Source: Thermoanaerobaculia bacterium
GTDB taxonomy: Bacteria; Acidobacteriota; Thermoanaerobaculia; UBA5066
Assembly (NCBI GenBank): GCA_963816185.1
Contig: CAWFJJ010000001.1
Location: 448,001-512,000, forward strand
Length of the DNA: 64,000 nucleotides
Direction of reading: 5' to 3'
The notes under the pieces were generated by a model that was given only the letters and a program-made list of their open reading frames with translations, was not told where the DNA came from and did no database searches. The translations under genes and the position numbers were made by a program. This document shows positions 19,010 to 30,636 of this stretch, piece by piece. The stretch's first letter is position 1. Every line of letters begins with the position of its first letter.

Positions 19010-21099
19010 ATCCTGCCGGGCACCGGCACGCCGAGGACGCCGAGAATGTCGGCGAGATGGATGGAGACGACCTGGAGCGCGGCCCGCCGCGCCCGGCGCG
19101 TCGTCTCGTCCTTCTCCTGCGCGATCGGATGCGTGTGGTACAGGTGATGAAAGCCCGCCGCGACCGAGAGCGCGTGCCGGACGAGGAGTGACACCTCGAG
19201 CGACTCGGCCACCTTCTCGAGGGTGTCGAGCGTGCGGGAGCAGGTCCTCACGACGTCCCAGAGCCCGTCGTCGAGCGCCGACGCGGGAAGGGCCTCGAGG
19301 CCGTCGATCTCCTCCGCGTCGAGGCGGCCCTTGAGGCCGGTCTCTTCGAGCTTGCGAAAGATGTTCGCGGCCCGCACGGCGGCGTACTGGAGGTAGGGCC
19401 CCGTGTCGCCCTCGAAGGCGAGCGCCTCGTCGAGATCGAACGCGATGACCTTGTTCCGCGAAAATCGGGTCATGTAGACGCGCAACGCACCGACCGCGAT
19501 CGCCTCGGCCCGGCCGGCCTCGGGACGCTCGCTCGCGCGCGCCAAGATCTGCTCGCTCGCTTTTTCGACGAGCTGGTCGAGGAGGTCGTCGGCTTTCACG
19601 CCGAGGCCGCGGCGGCCCGACATCTCGACGAAGGGGCGCGCGCGATCCTCGTCCGTCAGCTCGACGCCGAGCGTCTCCGCGGACGCCGGCGTCAACGCGA
19701 CCATCTCATATGCGAAGTGGACGGACCGATCGGCGGCTCCGGGGTAGCCGGCGCGCCGGACCGCCTCGCGGACGACCTTCTGCGGATAGGACTGGCGGAC
19801 GTCGATGACGTTGATGACGTCCGTGCCGTGGCCGAAGCGTCCGCGGGCCGAGAGGTCGGCTCCCGATTCGTCGCGCCGGGTCCGGTAGAGCGGAGAGACG
19901 CCGTCGGAGGCGTGAAACTCCGGCGAGCCGTCGACGTCGCGATACGGGACCTCCTCGTACTCGAAGTCGATCCCGAGGACGCCGAGCTTCCAGAGCTGGT
20001 AGGCGACGTCCTTTCCGGTGTACGTGACCGTTCCGTTCGAGCGCACGAGGATCTTGTCGGCGTCCTCCATCCCCTCGAACTCCGGCGCGCCCTCGAGCGG
20101 CATGACCCAGCAGCCTGCGTTCTTGCCTTCCGTCTCGAGACGGGCGGCGCCGGCTTCTTGCAGGAGCTCGAAGGCCTTCACCCAGAAGCGGCGCGCGAGG
20201 ATGTCGCTCTCGCGGGGTAGAAGGTCGTAGCTCACGCCTACGCGCTCCATCGTGAGGAGGTGGCAGCGCACGACGGCGTCTGCGAGACGGCCCGCGAGCG
20301 CTGCCGTCGCGGCCGCGTCTTCGTCGAGGGTCTCGCCCAAGGCGGCGCCCTCGATGGCGTGAAGCGTCGCACGCCGCTTCTCCTCGAGGGAGGGATCGGC
20401 CGAGTAGCTTCTGACCGCGAGCGCGTAGAGGTCCCACGCGAGGTCGCCCAGCCGGCGCGGCGCAACGCCCGGCGCGTGGCCGGGGAAGGCGTCCAGAATC
20501 TCGTGGATCTCCTCACCGAGGCGCTTCGCGCGGGAGTTCTCGACGAGGTCCTCGGCGTTCTGGAGCGCGACGACGACGTCGGCGACCTGGACGCCCGTGT
20601 CGTCGAGATAGTTCTGGACCTCGACCCGCCGCCCGAGCCGCTTGAACGTGTTCACGAGGACGTCGCCGAGAACGGCGTTCCTCAGGTGGCCGATGTGCGC
20701 GGCCTTGTTCGGATTGATGTTCGTGTGTTCCACGATGAGCTTGCCGGGCGCTTCTTTTCCGGCCGGAGCAGGCGCTCCGTGCACGAAGGGGTGCCCGTCC
20801 TCGAGCATCGCCTTCAGGACCTTCGGGCGGTCGACGAAGAAGTTGAGGTAGCCGCCGCCTTCGACCGACCGCCTGACGACGAGAGCCGGCAGCGTGAGGG
20901 CGGGAGCCAGCGCCTCGGCGATCTTCCGGGGCGGCCTCTTCAGGATCTTCGCGAGCTCGAACGCCACCGGGCAGGCGAGATCCCCCAGCTCGACCTTCGG
21001 GGGCGTTTCGAGGACGATGCGCGGCGCTTCCACGCCGAGGACGCTCCGGCAGGCCTCCGAAACGGCGCTCTCGATCTCGCGCTTGAGGCCGGGAATCAC
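19006..21099 (-). CDS. argS: arginine--tRNA ligase
   Basis: VEHTNINPNKAAHIGHLRNA (HIGH), EMSGRRG, FEGDTGPYLQYA. Confidence 0.96.
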   Translation of the reverse strand: MIPGLKREIESAVSEACRSVLGVEAPRIVLETPPKVELGDLACPVAFELAKILKRPPRKIAEALAPALTLPALVVRRSVEGGGYLNFFVDRPKVLKAMLEDGHPFVHGAPAPAGKEAPGKLIVEHTNINPNKAAHIGHLRNAVLGDVLVNTFKRLGRRVEVQNYLDDTGVQVADVVVALQNAEDLVENSRAKRLGEEIHEILDAFPGHAPGVAPRRLGDLAWDLYALAVRSYSADPSLEEKRRATLHAIEGAALGETLDEDAAATAALAGRLADAVVRCHLLTMERVGVSYDLLPRESDILARRFWVKAFELLQEAGAARLETEGKNAGCWVMPLEGAPEFEGMEDADKILVRSNGTVTYTGKDVAYQLWKLGVLGIDFEYEEVPYRDVDGSPEFHASDGVSPLYRTRRDESGADLSARGRFGHGTDVINVIDVRQSYPQKVVREAVRRAGYPGAADRSVHFAYEMVALTPASAETLGVELTDEDRARPFVEMSGRRGLGVKADDLLDQLVEKASEQILARASERPEAGRAEAIAVGALRVYMTRFSRNKVIAFDLDEALAFEGDTGPYLQYAAVRAANIFRKLEETGLKGRLDAEEIDGLEALPASALDDGLWDVVRTCSRTLDTLEKVAESLEVSLLVRHALSVAAGFHHLYHTHPIAQEKDETTRRARRAALQVVSIHLADILGVLGVPVPGRM

Positions 21100-21179
21100 G
21101 CGGCGGCGCCCCTCTCGGCGGCTTGAATTCTCGTCGCGCACATGGCGGCGCGGATTCTCGCACGTCGTAAGATTCTCCC

Positions 21180-21644
21180 GTGCCCGAAGACGCTTCGGTC
21201 GTGCGACAGGCTCTCGTCAACGTCCCTCCCGAGCGCGCGTTCTCCGCCTTCGTGAACGTGTCCGACGTGCTCTCGTGGCTCGCGGACGGCGCCGTGATCG
21301 GAGCCAGACCGGGCGGAAACTGGGCTCTGGGCTGGTATGCCGATCCGGATTCCGACGCGGGCTACAGCTCGATCGGCCAGTTCGAGGTCTTCGACCCGGG
21401 CCACCGTTTCGTGGTCTCGAATCTCGTGTTCTCGACGCCCGAGGGAGAGTCGTTCGGCGGGATGCGCCTCGTCGTGGAGTTCGAAAGGACTCCTGAAGGC
21501 ACGCGCATCACGGTCACACAGTCGGGCTTCGAGGGGACCGCGGCGTGGAGCGCTTACCGCGACCGGCTCGGTCCGGGCTGGGAGCGCATGCTCGCGGATC
21601 TGAGAGGCTGGCTGGAAGAGGGCAGGAAGCTTCCCGGGCGTTAG
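21180..21644 (+). CDS. SRPBCC/AHSA1-like domain protein
   Basis: VPPERAFSAF...LSW, GTRITVTQSGF, GWERMLADLRGWLE. Confidence 0.85.
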   Translation: MPEDASVVRQALVNVPPERAFSAFVNVSDVLSWLADGAVIGARPGGNWALGWYADPDSDAGYSSIGQFEVFDPGHRFVVSNLVFSTPEGESFGGMRLVVEFERTPEGTRITVTQSGFEGTAAWSAYRDRLGPGWERMLADLRGWLEEGRKLPGR

Positions 21645-21688
21645 GAGGCTAAGATCGCGTTTTTCCACCCTCACGAAGGGAGCTTTCC

Positions 21689-23272
21689 ATGATCCTCCGT
21701 CGCACCTCTCTCGCGGTCCTTCTTCTTCTCGCGACCAGCGCTTCGGGCACCGGCCTCGAGCGTTACAAGGACTGGAGCAAGTCCCCCGAGTACACCTGCC
21801 TTGCGACCAAAGACGAGCAGAAGGCCTGGAAAAAGGTCACCTCCGACGAGGAAGCCGACCACTTCGTCCAGCTCTTCTGGGCCAAGCGCGATCCGGACCT
21901 CAAGACGCCTGTCAACGAGTTCAAGGTCGTCTTCGACCAACGCGTCAGGGAGGCGGATCAGCTCTTCGCGATGCCGCGCATCCGCGGCGCCCTCACCGAG
22001 CGCGGGAAGTTTTACATCCTTGTCGGAAAGCCGAAGACGCTGTCGAGGCAGGCTGGTATCAAGCTGCAACCGAACGCCACGTTGCAGTTGACCGCCGACG
22101 CGAACTCGGGAACGGCCCCCGGGCAGATTCCGCCCCCGAACGATCCGGGCACGTCGATTGGCGAGAGCATCGTGACGTTCACGTACGAGGCCGAGCAACT
22201 TCCCGACTGGGCGTCCTGGAAGTCGTTCACGGCGCAGTTCGTCGTCGAGGCGTCGCGCGATTACGTTGGCGGCAAGAACGGCGGCGACGTGAACTCTTTG
22301 GAGGTCAAGGCGCGCACCGCGGCGATCAAGAATCCCGACCTCAAGGCGCCGCCCCACTACCGGACCGCCGCCGAGGTCGAGGCCGAGCGGAAGGAGGCCG
22401 AAGCGACCGCCGCTGAAGCACTGAAGGGCCCGACGCTGTCGGCGCCGGTGCGGCAGGCCCTCGAAGAAACGCTGTCCAAGGAGGACACGGGGGCGCTGAC
22501 CCTCTTCCCGATCACCCTGAGGGAGGGAGAGATCCAACTCCAGGTGCAGCTCTTCGTGCCGGCTCCCGCCGGGGCGCCATCCGACGCAAAGCTCGCGATC
22601 CTCGTCAAGAACAAGGCCGGTGGCGACGCCGCGCGCCTCGAGGAGGTCACGGGGTTCGACCCGACCCGTGGGGGATACCTCTCCAGCCGCTCCTTCGCCG
22701 TGCCGCCCGGCGATTACAGCGTCGCGGCCGGCGTCTTCGACGCGGCGGGAAAGGTCATGGCATCGGCGAAGCGCTCGATCGCGATCACGGCCGCGGGCAA
22801 GGACTTCTCGCTGTCTCCGCTGGTCGTCGCGGCAACTTTCTATCCCGCCCCGAAGGGCACGGCCGAACAGGCCTTCACCTGGAACGGCAACTGTTTCGTC
22901 ACGAAGGGCGAACGACTGGATCCCGAGGATGGACTCTCGTTCGTCGTGCGCGTCTACAACCCGGCGGTGGATCCCGCCTCGAAGACGGTCCGCCTGTCCC
23001 GCATCGTGAAGATCAAGGCCAAGGGCGCCCCCGCGATGGACGTCCCCCAGCCGAAGGACGATCCGATTCCCGTCCCGGACTCGAAGGATCCGACGGGCAT
23101 TCTCACGGTCGACGTGGCCGCAGTGCTCATCGACAACAATCTTGGCCAATACCTGAGGAGGGCCGGCGAGTACGATTTGAAAGTCTCGGTCACGGACGAG
23201 GTGTCGAAGAAGACGGCGGACACGAGCACGACGTTCACCGTGACGGGCGTCCTGCCGCCCAAGAAGAAGTAA
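21689..23272 (+). CDS. secreted GWxTD-domain protein 1 with C-terminal beta-sandwich domains
   Basis: Signal peptide; FWAKRDPDLKTPVNEF...RVREADQLF...RGALTERGKFYILVGKP. Confidence 0.85.
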   Translation: MILRRTSLAVLLLLATSASGTGLERYKDWSKSPEYTCLATKDEQKAWKKVTSDEEADHFVQLFWAKRDPDLKTPVNEFKVVFDQRVREADQLFAMPRIRGALTERGKFYILVGKPKTLSRQAGIKLQPNATLQLTADANSGTAPGQIPPPNDPGTSIGESIVTFTYEAEQLPDWASWKSFTAQFVVEASRDYVGGKNGGDVNSLEVKARTAAIKNPDLKAPPHYRTAAEVEAERKEAEATAAEALKGPTLSAPVRQALEETLSKEDTGALTLFPITLREGEIQLQVQLFVPAPAGAPSDAKLAILVKNKAGGDAARLEEVTGFDPTRGGYLSSRSFAVPPGDYSVAAGVFDAAGKVMASAKRSIAITAAGKDFSLSPLVVAATFYPAPKGTAEQAFTWNGNCFVTKGERLDPEDGLSFVVRVYNPAVDPASKTVRLSRIVKIKAKGAPAMDVPQPKDDPIPVPDSKDPTGILTVDVAAVLIDNNLGQYLRRAGEYDLKVSVTDEVSKKTADTSTTFTVTGVLPPKKK

Positions 23273-23301
23273 GGGAGCACAGAGGTTCCCCGGGGATCAC
23301 C

Positions 23302-25473
23302 TCAGAATCGCGCGTCCTTCGGGAAGAGCCGGCGTCCCTCCTTCCGGAGCTGCTCTTCTCCCTTCGCGTCCTCGGTCGCGTGGAATGTACGCATGCCGAG
23401 GAGGAATGCCTCCGGCGTGGGCTGGCGCGTGACGAGCTGGATGACGACTCGGCGGGCGTCTTCGCGCCGGCCGACGGAAGCGTAGAGAGCGGACAGCGAG
23501 ACGCGCGCATCGAGGCGGTCGGGATAGAGCCGGATCTCTTCGAGGAACTCCTTCTCGGCCTGAACGGCGCGCCCCTGGCGCGCGAGGACGTCTCCCCGCA
23601 GCATGTGAAGACCCGACTGGACGAACGTGTCGTCGGCCGAGAGAGAAACCGCCGCGTCGGACCAGCGCTGCGCCTCGGCGAGATCGTTCTTCTGGACGGC
23701 GAGCCGTCCGAGGACGAGAGCGCCGCGAATCTTCACTTTCCCGGTGCCGCGATCGAAAGCGCTCCGCGCCGCGGCCTGCGCCGTCGCATAGTCTCCCCGG
23801 CCGAGCGCCGCCCGCGCCACGATGTCTTCGGCCCCGGGGTCGCCAAGCGCCCTGAGAGCGTCGCCGTGGCGCGCCGCCTCGTCCCACTTTCCGAGCTGCA
23901 GGCACAGGTTCGCGACCTCGGTCACGTACGGTCCGCGCGCCGCCTCCGGGGCGAGGTCGACCGTCTTCTTGAGAGCCGCGAGCGCCTCCTCGGGGTGCCC
24001 CAGCTCGAGGAGGACCTTCGAGTCCATGTCCCACACGTCGAGCATCCGCGGGTTCTCCTTGAGGAGCTTTTCGAAGATCTCGTGGGCCCGCGCCGCGTTC
24101 CCCGTCGAGAGGTCGCCGAGCCCCGTGCGAAGCTCCTCGAAGGTCTTGATACGGTCCTTCGGGTCGTCGAGCGATCCTCCGGTCGCGGAGGACGGGCCCG
24201 CGCTCAGATAGCCGAGCGACGCGAGCTGCTTGCGGGCCTCGGGATCGAGATCGCCCGCGGACTCGAAGGCGGGTCGCCTCTTTTCCATCTCGGCCTTCAT
24301 GGCGCGCAGCGCATCGGGCTTTTCGGCGAGTCGGTTCACCGTCTCGCCCCGGTCGGCCGTGACGTCGTAGATCTCCGGTTTCGGCGCGTCGATGTAATGC
24401 CACCGGCCGTCGAAGAGCGACGACAGCTCGCTCCAGCCAAAGTGAATTCGCGGAAAGAACGTCTCGGAGAGGATGCGCCGCGGCGGGCCGCCCTGCGCGG
24501 GGTCGAGGAGCGAGACCGTGCCCGGCGGCGGGGTGAACCCCTCGAGGCCCGCGGCCTCGCCGACGGTCGTGAAGACGTCGACGAGCGCGGCGGGCGCCGC
24601 GACGGAGGTTCCGGCCCTCCGGCCGCCCGGAAGCTTGACGAGAAGCGGAACCTGAAGCGTCTCGCGGTACAGGAACATCCCGTGCTCGGACTCGCCGTGG
24701 TCCCCGAGCCCTTCTCCGTGGTCGGAGAGAAAGATGACGAGCGAAGGGTCGTAGAGGCCGCGCTCCTTCAGGAAGGCGAGGAACCGTCCGACGATCGAGT
24801 CGGCGGTCGCGATCTCGCCGTCGTAGGGAAGGGACGCATATCGGCTCTTGAAGGGCTCCGGCGGCTCGTACGGCGTGTGCGGCTCGTAGAGATGGAGGAA
24901 CGCGAAGATCTTCCTTCCGGGAGGAATCGATTTCAGCCAGGCCTCGAGCCGGGCCTCGGTGTCCGCGCCCGCGCGCTGGACGCGTCCGAGCGCGACCTTG
25001 CCTTCCGCGGGCTCGACCGCGTCGTCGTAGAAGTCGAAGCCGCGGGAGATTCCGGAATCGCCCTTGAGGACGAAGCACGAGACGGCCCCGCCCGTCGCAT
25101 ATCCACCCTTCTTCAGGAGCTCGGCGAGCGTCGGGACGTCCTTCTTCAGGTGGTAGCCGAGGTTGTCGTGGATGCCGTGCGCGGCCGGCTCGCGCCCCGT
25201 GAAGATCGACGCGTGCGACGGGAGAGTCAGGGGGACGTGGGACCACGCGCTCTCGAAGAGAAGCGCATCCTTCCGGAATTCGGTGAGAGCCGGGGTCTCG
25301 ACGCCGTGATAGCCGTAGAACGGCAGGTGGTCCGACCGCAGCGTGTCGACGCTGATGAGGATCACGCCCGCGCCGGGAAAGGTCTCGGAAGGCGCTCTTC
25401 GGCGGCAGCCGGCGCACAGAAACGGGAGCGCTGCGGCGGCGGCGATCGCGATCGCGATGCGGAGACGGTTCAT
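23302..25473 (-). CDS. lipoprotein, sulfatase-like (alkaline-phosphatase superfamily) domain + TPR, copy 1
   Basis: Lipobox-like LCAGC; ISVDTLRSDH, PLTLPSHASIFTG, HLYEPHTPY, SDHGEGLGDHGE..HG, LASLGYL, then TPR helices. Confidence 0.9.
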   Translation of the reverse strand: MNRLRIAIAIAAAAALPFLCAGCRRRAPSETFPGAGVILISVDTLRSDHLPFYGYHGVETPALTEFRKDALLFESAWSHVPLTLPSHASIFTGREPAAHGIHDNLGYHLKKDVPTLAELLKKGGYATGGAVSCFVLKGDSGISRGFDFYDDAVEPAEGKVALGRVQRAGADTEARLEAWLKSIPPGRKIFAFLHLYEPHTPYEPPEPFKSRYASLPYDGEIATADSIVGRFLAFLKERGLYDPSLVIFLSDHGEGLGDHGESEHGMFLYRETLQVPLLVKLPGGRRAGTSVAAPAALVDVFTTVGEAAGLEGFTPPPGTVSLLDPAQGGPPRRILSETFFPRIHFGWSELSSLFDGRWHYIDAPKPEIYDVTADRGETVNRLAEKPDALRAMKAEMEKRRPAFESAGDLDPEARKQLASLGYLSAGPSSATGGSLDDPKDRIKTFEELRTGLGDLSTGNAARAHEIFEKLLKENPRMLDVWDMDSKVLLELGHPEEALAALKKTVDLAPEAARGPYVTEVANLCLQLGKWDEAARHGDALRALGDPGAEDIVARAALGRGDYATAQAAARSAFDRGTGKVKIRGALVLGRLAVQKNDLAEAQRWSDAAVSLSADDTFVQSGLHMLRGDVLARQGRAVQAEKEFLEEIRLYPDRLDARVSLSALYASVGRREDARRVVIQLVTRQPTPEAFLLGMRTFHATEDAKGEEQLRKEGRRLFPKDARF

Positions 25474-25498
25474 CCGGCGAGTATCTCCCAGCGTCTCG

Positions 25499-25528
25499 AA
25501 AAAAAGAGCCGGGCTTAAAGCCCGGCTC
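25499..25528 (-). terminator. intrinsic terminator after TBDR1
   Basis: Minus strand GAGCCGGGC-TTTAA-GCCCGGCTC then a T run. Confidence 0.85.
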
Positions 25529-25564
25529 CCGATCCGCCGCGAGGCGGAGAAAGAAGGCGAATCC

Positions 25565-28500
25565 CTAGAAGCGGAGGCCCATCGAGAGCGTGAACGTGCG
25601 GGGGAGCTGGTAATCCGCGTTGCTCCTCGCCTTGCCGAACGTTTGGGCCAGTGTCCCAATTCGCGGTCGTGACCGTCAAGTCGCCGTGCGGGCGCTGAAC
25701 GGGCGTCGTCGTGAATGGGTTGAAGGCCGCGAACGTGTTCGGGGCCTGCTTGCCGGTGGTTGGGTCCAGGAACGTGCCGGGGGAGACCGCCGTGTTGACC
25801 GACGTGTCCACGGCGACGAGGCCCCGCCGGTTGAAGACGTTCAGGACCTGCGGCTGGATGAAGATCTCCACGAGGCCGCCGATCTTGATCTGGTAGTTGA
25901 GCGAAAGGTCCGTGCGGCTGATGTTGTCCGTCCGGAAGGCGTCACGCGGCGTGTAGTAATAGTTGGATGTCGCCGGTCGCGTGGCGTAGCCCGGGTTCGT
26001 CACGAAGCTGGACGAGCGGACCGTTCCGAGAGCGCCGTACGGGGCCCCTGTGTCGTAGGACTGGATCAGACCGACCGAGACGTTGCCCATGCTCCGCGGG
26101 ATGAACCCGAGGTCGGCGAACCCCAGGACGCGGATCCGGTGGCGTTGATCCGTCTGCATCGAGCCGTACGGCGGCGTTCCACGAGGCCTGCTTGTACTCC
26201 GGATACGTGTCCAGGGTGTTCGTCAGCGGGCCGCTCGTCGAGTTCTCGCCGTCGAAATTTCCGAGCGTGTGTGACCACGTCCAGTTCGCGCCCAACGTGA
26301 GCCAGTTATACCGATACTGGAACTGCGTCTGGAGACCGGTGTAGTTGCGCTGGACGTCGTTCGTGTTGCCGATGACGCCGAGGTCGTAGGCCTTGCCCGT
26401 GACGTCGTGGACTTCCCCGGTCTGAGGTGTTGATGACGAGGTTGTAGAAATCGTGGAAGTCGCGACGGACGAAGTCCGCGCGGTACGCGAACGACGAGCC
26501 CTTGTTCAGGCCGAGCGAGCCGTTCACGCCGAACGTGTATTCCCGTGCGTACGGCGACTTGAGCGTCTGCGTGATCACGCGATTGAGGCCGGGAATGCTG
26601 GCGTAAGCGAGAGGCAGCGTGCAGGTCGACAGGTCCGGGCACCCCTGCGCGAAGAACCAGTTGAAGACCTGCTGGAGGGCCTGGGCGCGGGTTTCGAGGG
26701 CCGTCCCGGCGGGCGGGAGCTTGCAGCCCGTTCCGCTCGGAATGCAGTTGATCGGATCGGCGCCCGCCCCCGTGTAGTACCAGTAGAACGTCGCAGGCTG
26801 GCCGCCGCTCGAGGAGCTGTCCTGAATGGCGTCCTGGAGGCCGCCGACGTAGTGCGCGTAGCTCGCTCCCACCCGGACGTTCCCCTTGCCGGTCACGTCG
26901 AAGTTCGCCGCGAGGCGCGGGCTGAACGCGGAGTCGTTCGCGGTCTTGACGCCGTTGCTGTTCGTGGCGTCGTTCTTGTCGTATCGCACGCCGAGGTTGA
27001 GCGAGAGGCGGTCGTTGAGCCGCCAGGAGTCGTTTATGAACGCCGAATTCGTCAGCGTGTTCGTTCCGTTCGTGAGGTTGTAGATCGGCGTGTAGTAGAC
27101 GAAGGAGTTCGCTCCGATGACCGGGAAGATGTCGCCGCCCTGGACGATCACGTTCGTCGTGAACAGGCGGTAGTCGCTGCCGGACTGGTGGTTGTTCGCC
27201 GAGCGCTGGCCCGCGAAGTTGTCGTACCCGAGGACGATGCTGTGCGCGCCGAGGGCGCCGGTGGACAGGAAATACGTGCCCTTGACGAGGTAGTCGCGGT
27301 TGTCGCGTTTCTCGGGGCCGCAGACGCCGCAGAACGTGGGCGCGTTGTACCGGGGACTGCCGGACAGCGCCCGGTCGCGCATGAGCGTGCCCTTGATGAG
27401 GTCGGTGTACAGCGAGCCGGCGTTCTCGAACGTGAAGTGCCGGTTCGAGTAGAGGCCCTCCACGAAGAGCTCCGAGCTGAGGACGCCGTTGTAGTTCAGG
27501 GTGAGGGTGTCCTGCGGGAGCGTGCGGTTCACGAAGCTCGCCGCGTCGAGGACGTGCTGCGGGTCGGGGAAGACGTTGTTCGTCTGGGCTTCGTCGATCT
27601 TCAGGTACGCCCCCGAGAGCGTGTGGTTCGCGAAGGGCGTCAGCGTGAGCTTGCCCTGATAGCGCTTCTCGTCGTCGCCCTGCGAGAACGGGATGGCCGT
27701 GACCGCGGTGACTTGCCCGGTACTCGTGTTGGCTTTTCGGAAGGCGCCGAAGAACCAGACGCGGTCCTTCCAGATCGGCCCGCCGAGCGTCGCCTCGTAC
27801 CGCTCGAGGAGGTCCTGATTGCGCGTCTCGCCCGAAGGCGTGATCGCGGACCACGCATCGTTCGTGAACGAGGTGCGAAACGAGCCCGAGAACGCGTTGC
27901 CGCCGGTCTTCGTGACGGTGTTGATGACGCCGCCCTGGAAGCGGCCGTACTCGGCCGAGACGCTGTTCACCGAGGTCTGGGACTCCTGGATCGCGTCTTC
28001 GATGTAGAGGTTGAGCGGGTTCGCGCGGATGTTGTCCGTGATGACGGCGCCGTCCACGGTGTAGAGGTTGTCGAACGTCGGCGCGCCGGAGACCGTGACG
28101 GGGGGATTGGCCGCGTTTAAGCTCGTAACCGTGTTGAGACCCGAGGAGAGGGCCGCCTCCTGGGCGATCGTGCGGGCGAACGGGAGCTTGTTCGCGAGGT
28201 CGCTCGTGATCGTCGTGGAAGCCTGCGTCGTCGTGGAGACGATCTCGGCTTTCGCAGAGACGACCGCGGTCGCCGCGATCTCGTTCAGCGAGAGCGTCGC
28301 GTTCACGGTATTCCGCTGGCCGACCGAGAGCGGGAGCTCCTTCGTCACGGTCTTGAAGCCCTGCAGGGCGAACGTGACGGTGTAGTTGCCGGGCGGAATG
28401 CCGACGAAGGTGTAGTCGCCGTTCGCGGAGGTGACCGCCGTTCGCGTGCCCTGGAGAGACGGCGACGCGAGCGTCACGGTGACCCCGGGCAGGCCGGCGC

Positions 28501-28621
28501 CTTCGTTATCGACCTTTCCCGAGACGGCTGTGGTCGTGAGGCTTTGCCCGACGAGCGTCGTCGCGCCGACCGCGGCTGCGACGAACAGGACGAGGAACCC
28601 GAAGAATCGGAGCTTTCTCAT
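25565..28621 (-). CDS. Oar-like TonB-dependent receptor 1 (carboxypeptidase-regulatory-like N domain); three apparent +1 frameshifts
   Basis: GLPGVTVTLASPSLQG, SAEYGRFQGGVINTVTKTGGN, LNLGVRYDKN. Alignment with paralog 37258-40317 restores one protein via shifts near 26425, 26170 and 25650, ending ...LSMGLRF*. Confidence 0.88.
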
Positions 28622-28771
28622 GCGTTTTCCTTCCTCCCTTTGTTGACGGAATCGGAAGAATCGAGGTGGCTTCGACCCCGAGATTTGGCTTGCGATTGCA
28701 GACGCGCTACTCCGGCAGCACCCCAAAAAAGCCTGTCTGTACTTCTAAAGAGCCCGACTGTCGCGAACTCT

Positions 28772-28787
28772 AGCACTTGCCGTGCCG
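28772..28787 (-). promoter_or_regulatory. putative sigma54 (-24/-12) promoter for TBDR1
   Basis: Minus strand CGGCACGGCAAGTGCT = GG-N10-GC, about 150 bp upstream of the ATG. Confidence 0.55.
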
Positions 28788-29021
28788 CTGACATCATCCC
28801 GCTCCCCAGCCGGATCACATCGCCCACGAACGGTTTGAGCCCAGCAGGTCGATGACTTCTCTTACCCTCGAACGGAATTCGGGATCGGCATTCGGGTGTT
28901 TGGATTGGAGCCCGTTGACGGTCGAACGCCCTCGCCTCAGGGTGCCATGGGGTATATTCGCGAGGTCTCGGAAACCGAGGGACGGGACCGCATCCTGCGC
29001 CCGCAAGCCGGAGAGTCACCA

Positions 29022-30633
29022 ATGAAACGCACGATTCCTTCCTCTCTCTCTCTGCTCCTGCTCTCCGTCGCCGCGGCCTTCCCGTCGCTCGCGGCCCTCG
29101 ACAAGTACAAGAGCTGGGAGAAGTCGCCGGAGTACGCGTATCTCGCGACGGACGACGAAAAAAAGGAATGGGGGAAGATCGCTTCGGACCAGGATGCCGA
29201 GAAGTTCATCGCGCTCTTCTGGGCGCGGCGGGACCCCGATCTGAAGACGCCGCAGAACGAGTTCCGCGACCGTTTCGAGGCGCTCGTCAAGAAGGCGGAC
29301 GATACTGTTCCGCTCGGGAGGAGGCGCGGCGCGCTCACCGAGCGCGGCAAGGCTCTACATCCTCATCGGCCCGCCGAAGGCGATCGCGAACGGGGCCGAA
29401 TCGTCCTCGTCGAACGCCCCCGAGCGGCCCGGCGCCGGGCCCGGGCGCGGCCCCCGGCACCACGGGAATGATGGAGACCGGCGGCTCGACGGCCTTCTCG
29501 ACGCGACTTCACTACGAAAAGCCTCAGCTCCCTCCCTGGGCGGACGTCCAGACGCTCGACGTGAAGTTCCAGGTGGATCCAGGCATGGGCATCGAGCGCT
29601 TCGTCGACGGCACGAGCCCCGCGAAAAGGCTCGAGAAGAAGGCAGTGGAGATCGCGCTCGTGAATCCGCAGCTCAAGGAGCTGCCGGTCTACAAGACGAA
29701 AGAGCAGGTCGCCGCCGAGCAGAAAGCGGCCGCCGAGAAGGCCGCCGAGGAGGCCAAGGGGCCTGTGCTGTCGGAAGGGGCGCGGGCAACGCTCGAAGGC
29801 CTCGCGAAAGAGCCTTTCGGAGCGCTCGCGCTGGAGCCCGTCTTATTTCGCGACGGCGCGGCGCGCCTCATGGTCCAGCTCTTCGCTCCCGGGTCGGCGG
29901 TCGGGACGGGCGAAGGGACGAAGCTCCTCGTTCTCGCGAAGGGCAAGGACGGCAAGGACGCGATCCGCCTCGAAGAGGCCGCGGCGCTCCAGAAGACGAA
30001 GGCCGACTTCTTCGTCGACCGTTCGTTCCGGATCGTGCCGGGCGACTACGACGTCGCCGCCGCGCTCGTGGACGCGACGGGCAAGGTGCTCGCGTCGGGG
30101 CGGCGGCCCGTCAACGTCCCGTCGCTCCCCTCGGACTTCGCGGCTTCGCCGCTCCTCGTGGCCATCAACGACTTTCCGGTCGACGCCCCGAAGCCCGACG
30201 AGCCGTTCACGTTCTCGGCGCGCCGCTTCGTCGTCAAGGGCGACGGCCGGGTCGGCGCGACGGACGGTCTCTCGTACGCCGTGCGCCTCTACAACCCGCC
30301 GGTCGATCCGGTCACGCGGACGATCACGCTCAAGCGGACCTTGAAGATCAAGCCCAAAGGGCAGCCGGCGATCGAAGTCCCGACGCCACCCGAAGAGCCC
30401 GCGAAGGTCCCCGATCAGAAGGAGCCCGGTGCGGTCGTGCTCGACATCGCGGGAGGCGTCGTGGAGTCGAACCTCGGGCAGTACTTCCGGCCGGGCGATT
30501 ACGAGCTCAGGCTCACGCTGACGGATACCGCGACCCAGAAGAAGCTCGACCTCGTGGCTCCTTTCACGGTCACGGGCACGCTGCCGGCCCCTCCGGCTCC
30601 GCCGCCGCGCACGCGCCGAAGAAAAAGGGCTGA
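29022..30633 (+). CDS. secreted GWxTD-domain protein 2 (paralog of 21689-23272); apparent frameshifts
   Basis: LDKYKSWEKSPEYAYLAT, FWARRDPDLKTPQNEF, RGALTERGK. Shifts near 29352, 29418 and ~30600 restore YILIGPP and a C-terminus APKKKG* like the paralog's PPKKK*. Confidence 0.83.
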
Positions 30634-30636
30634 AGC

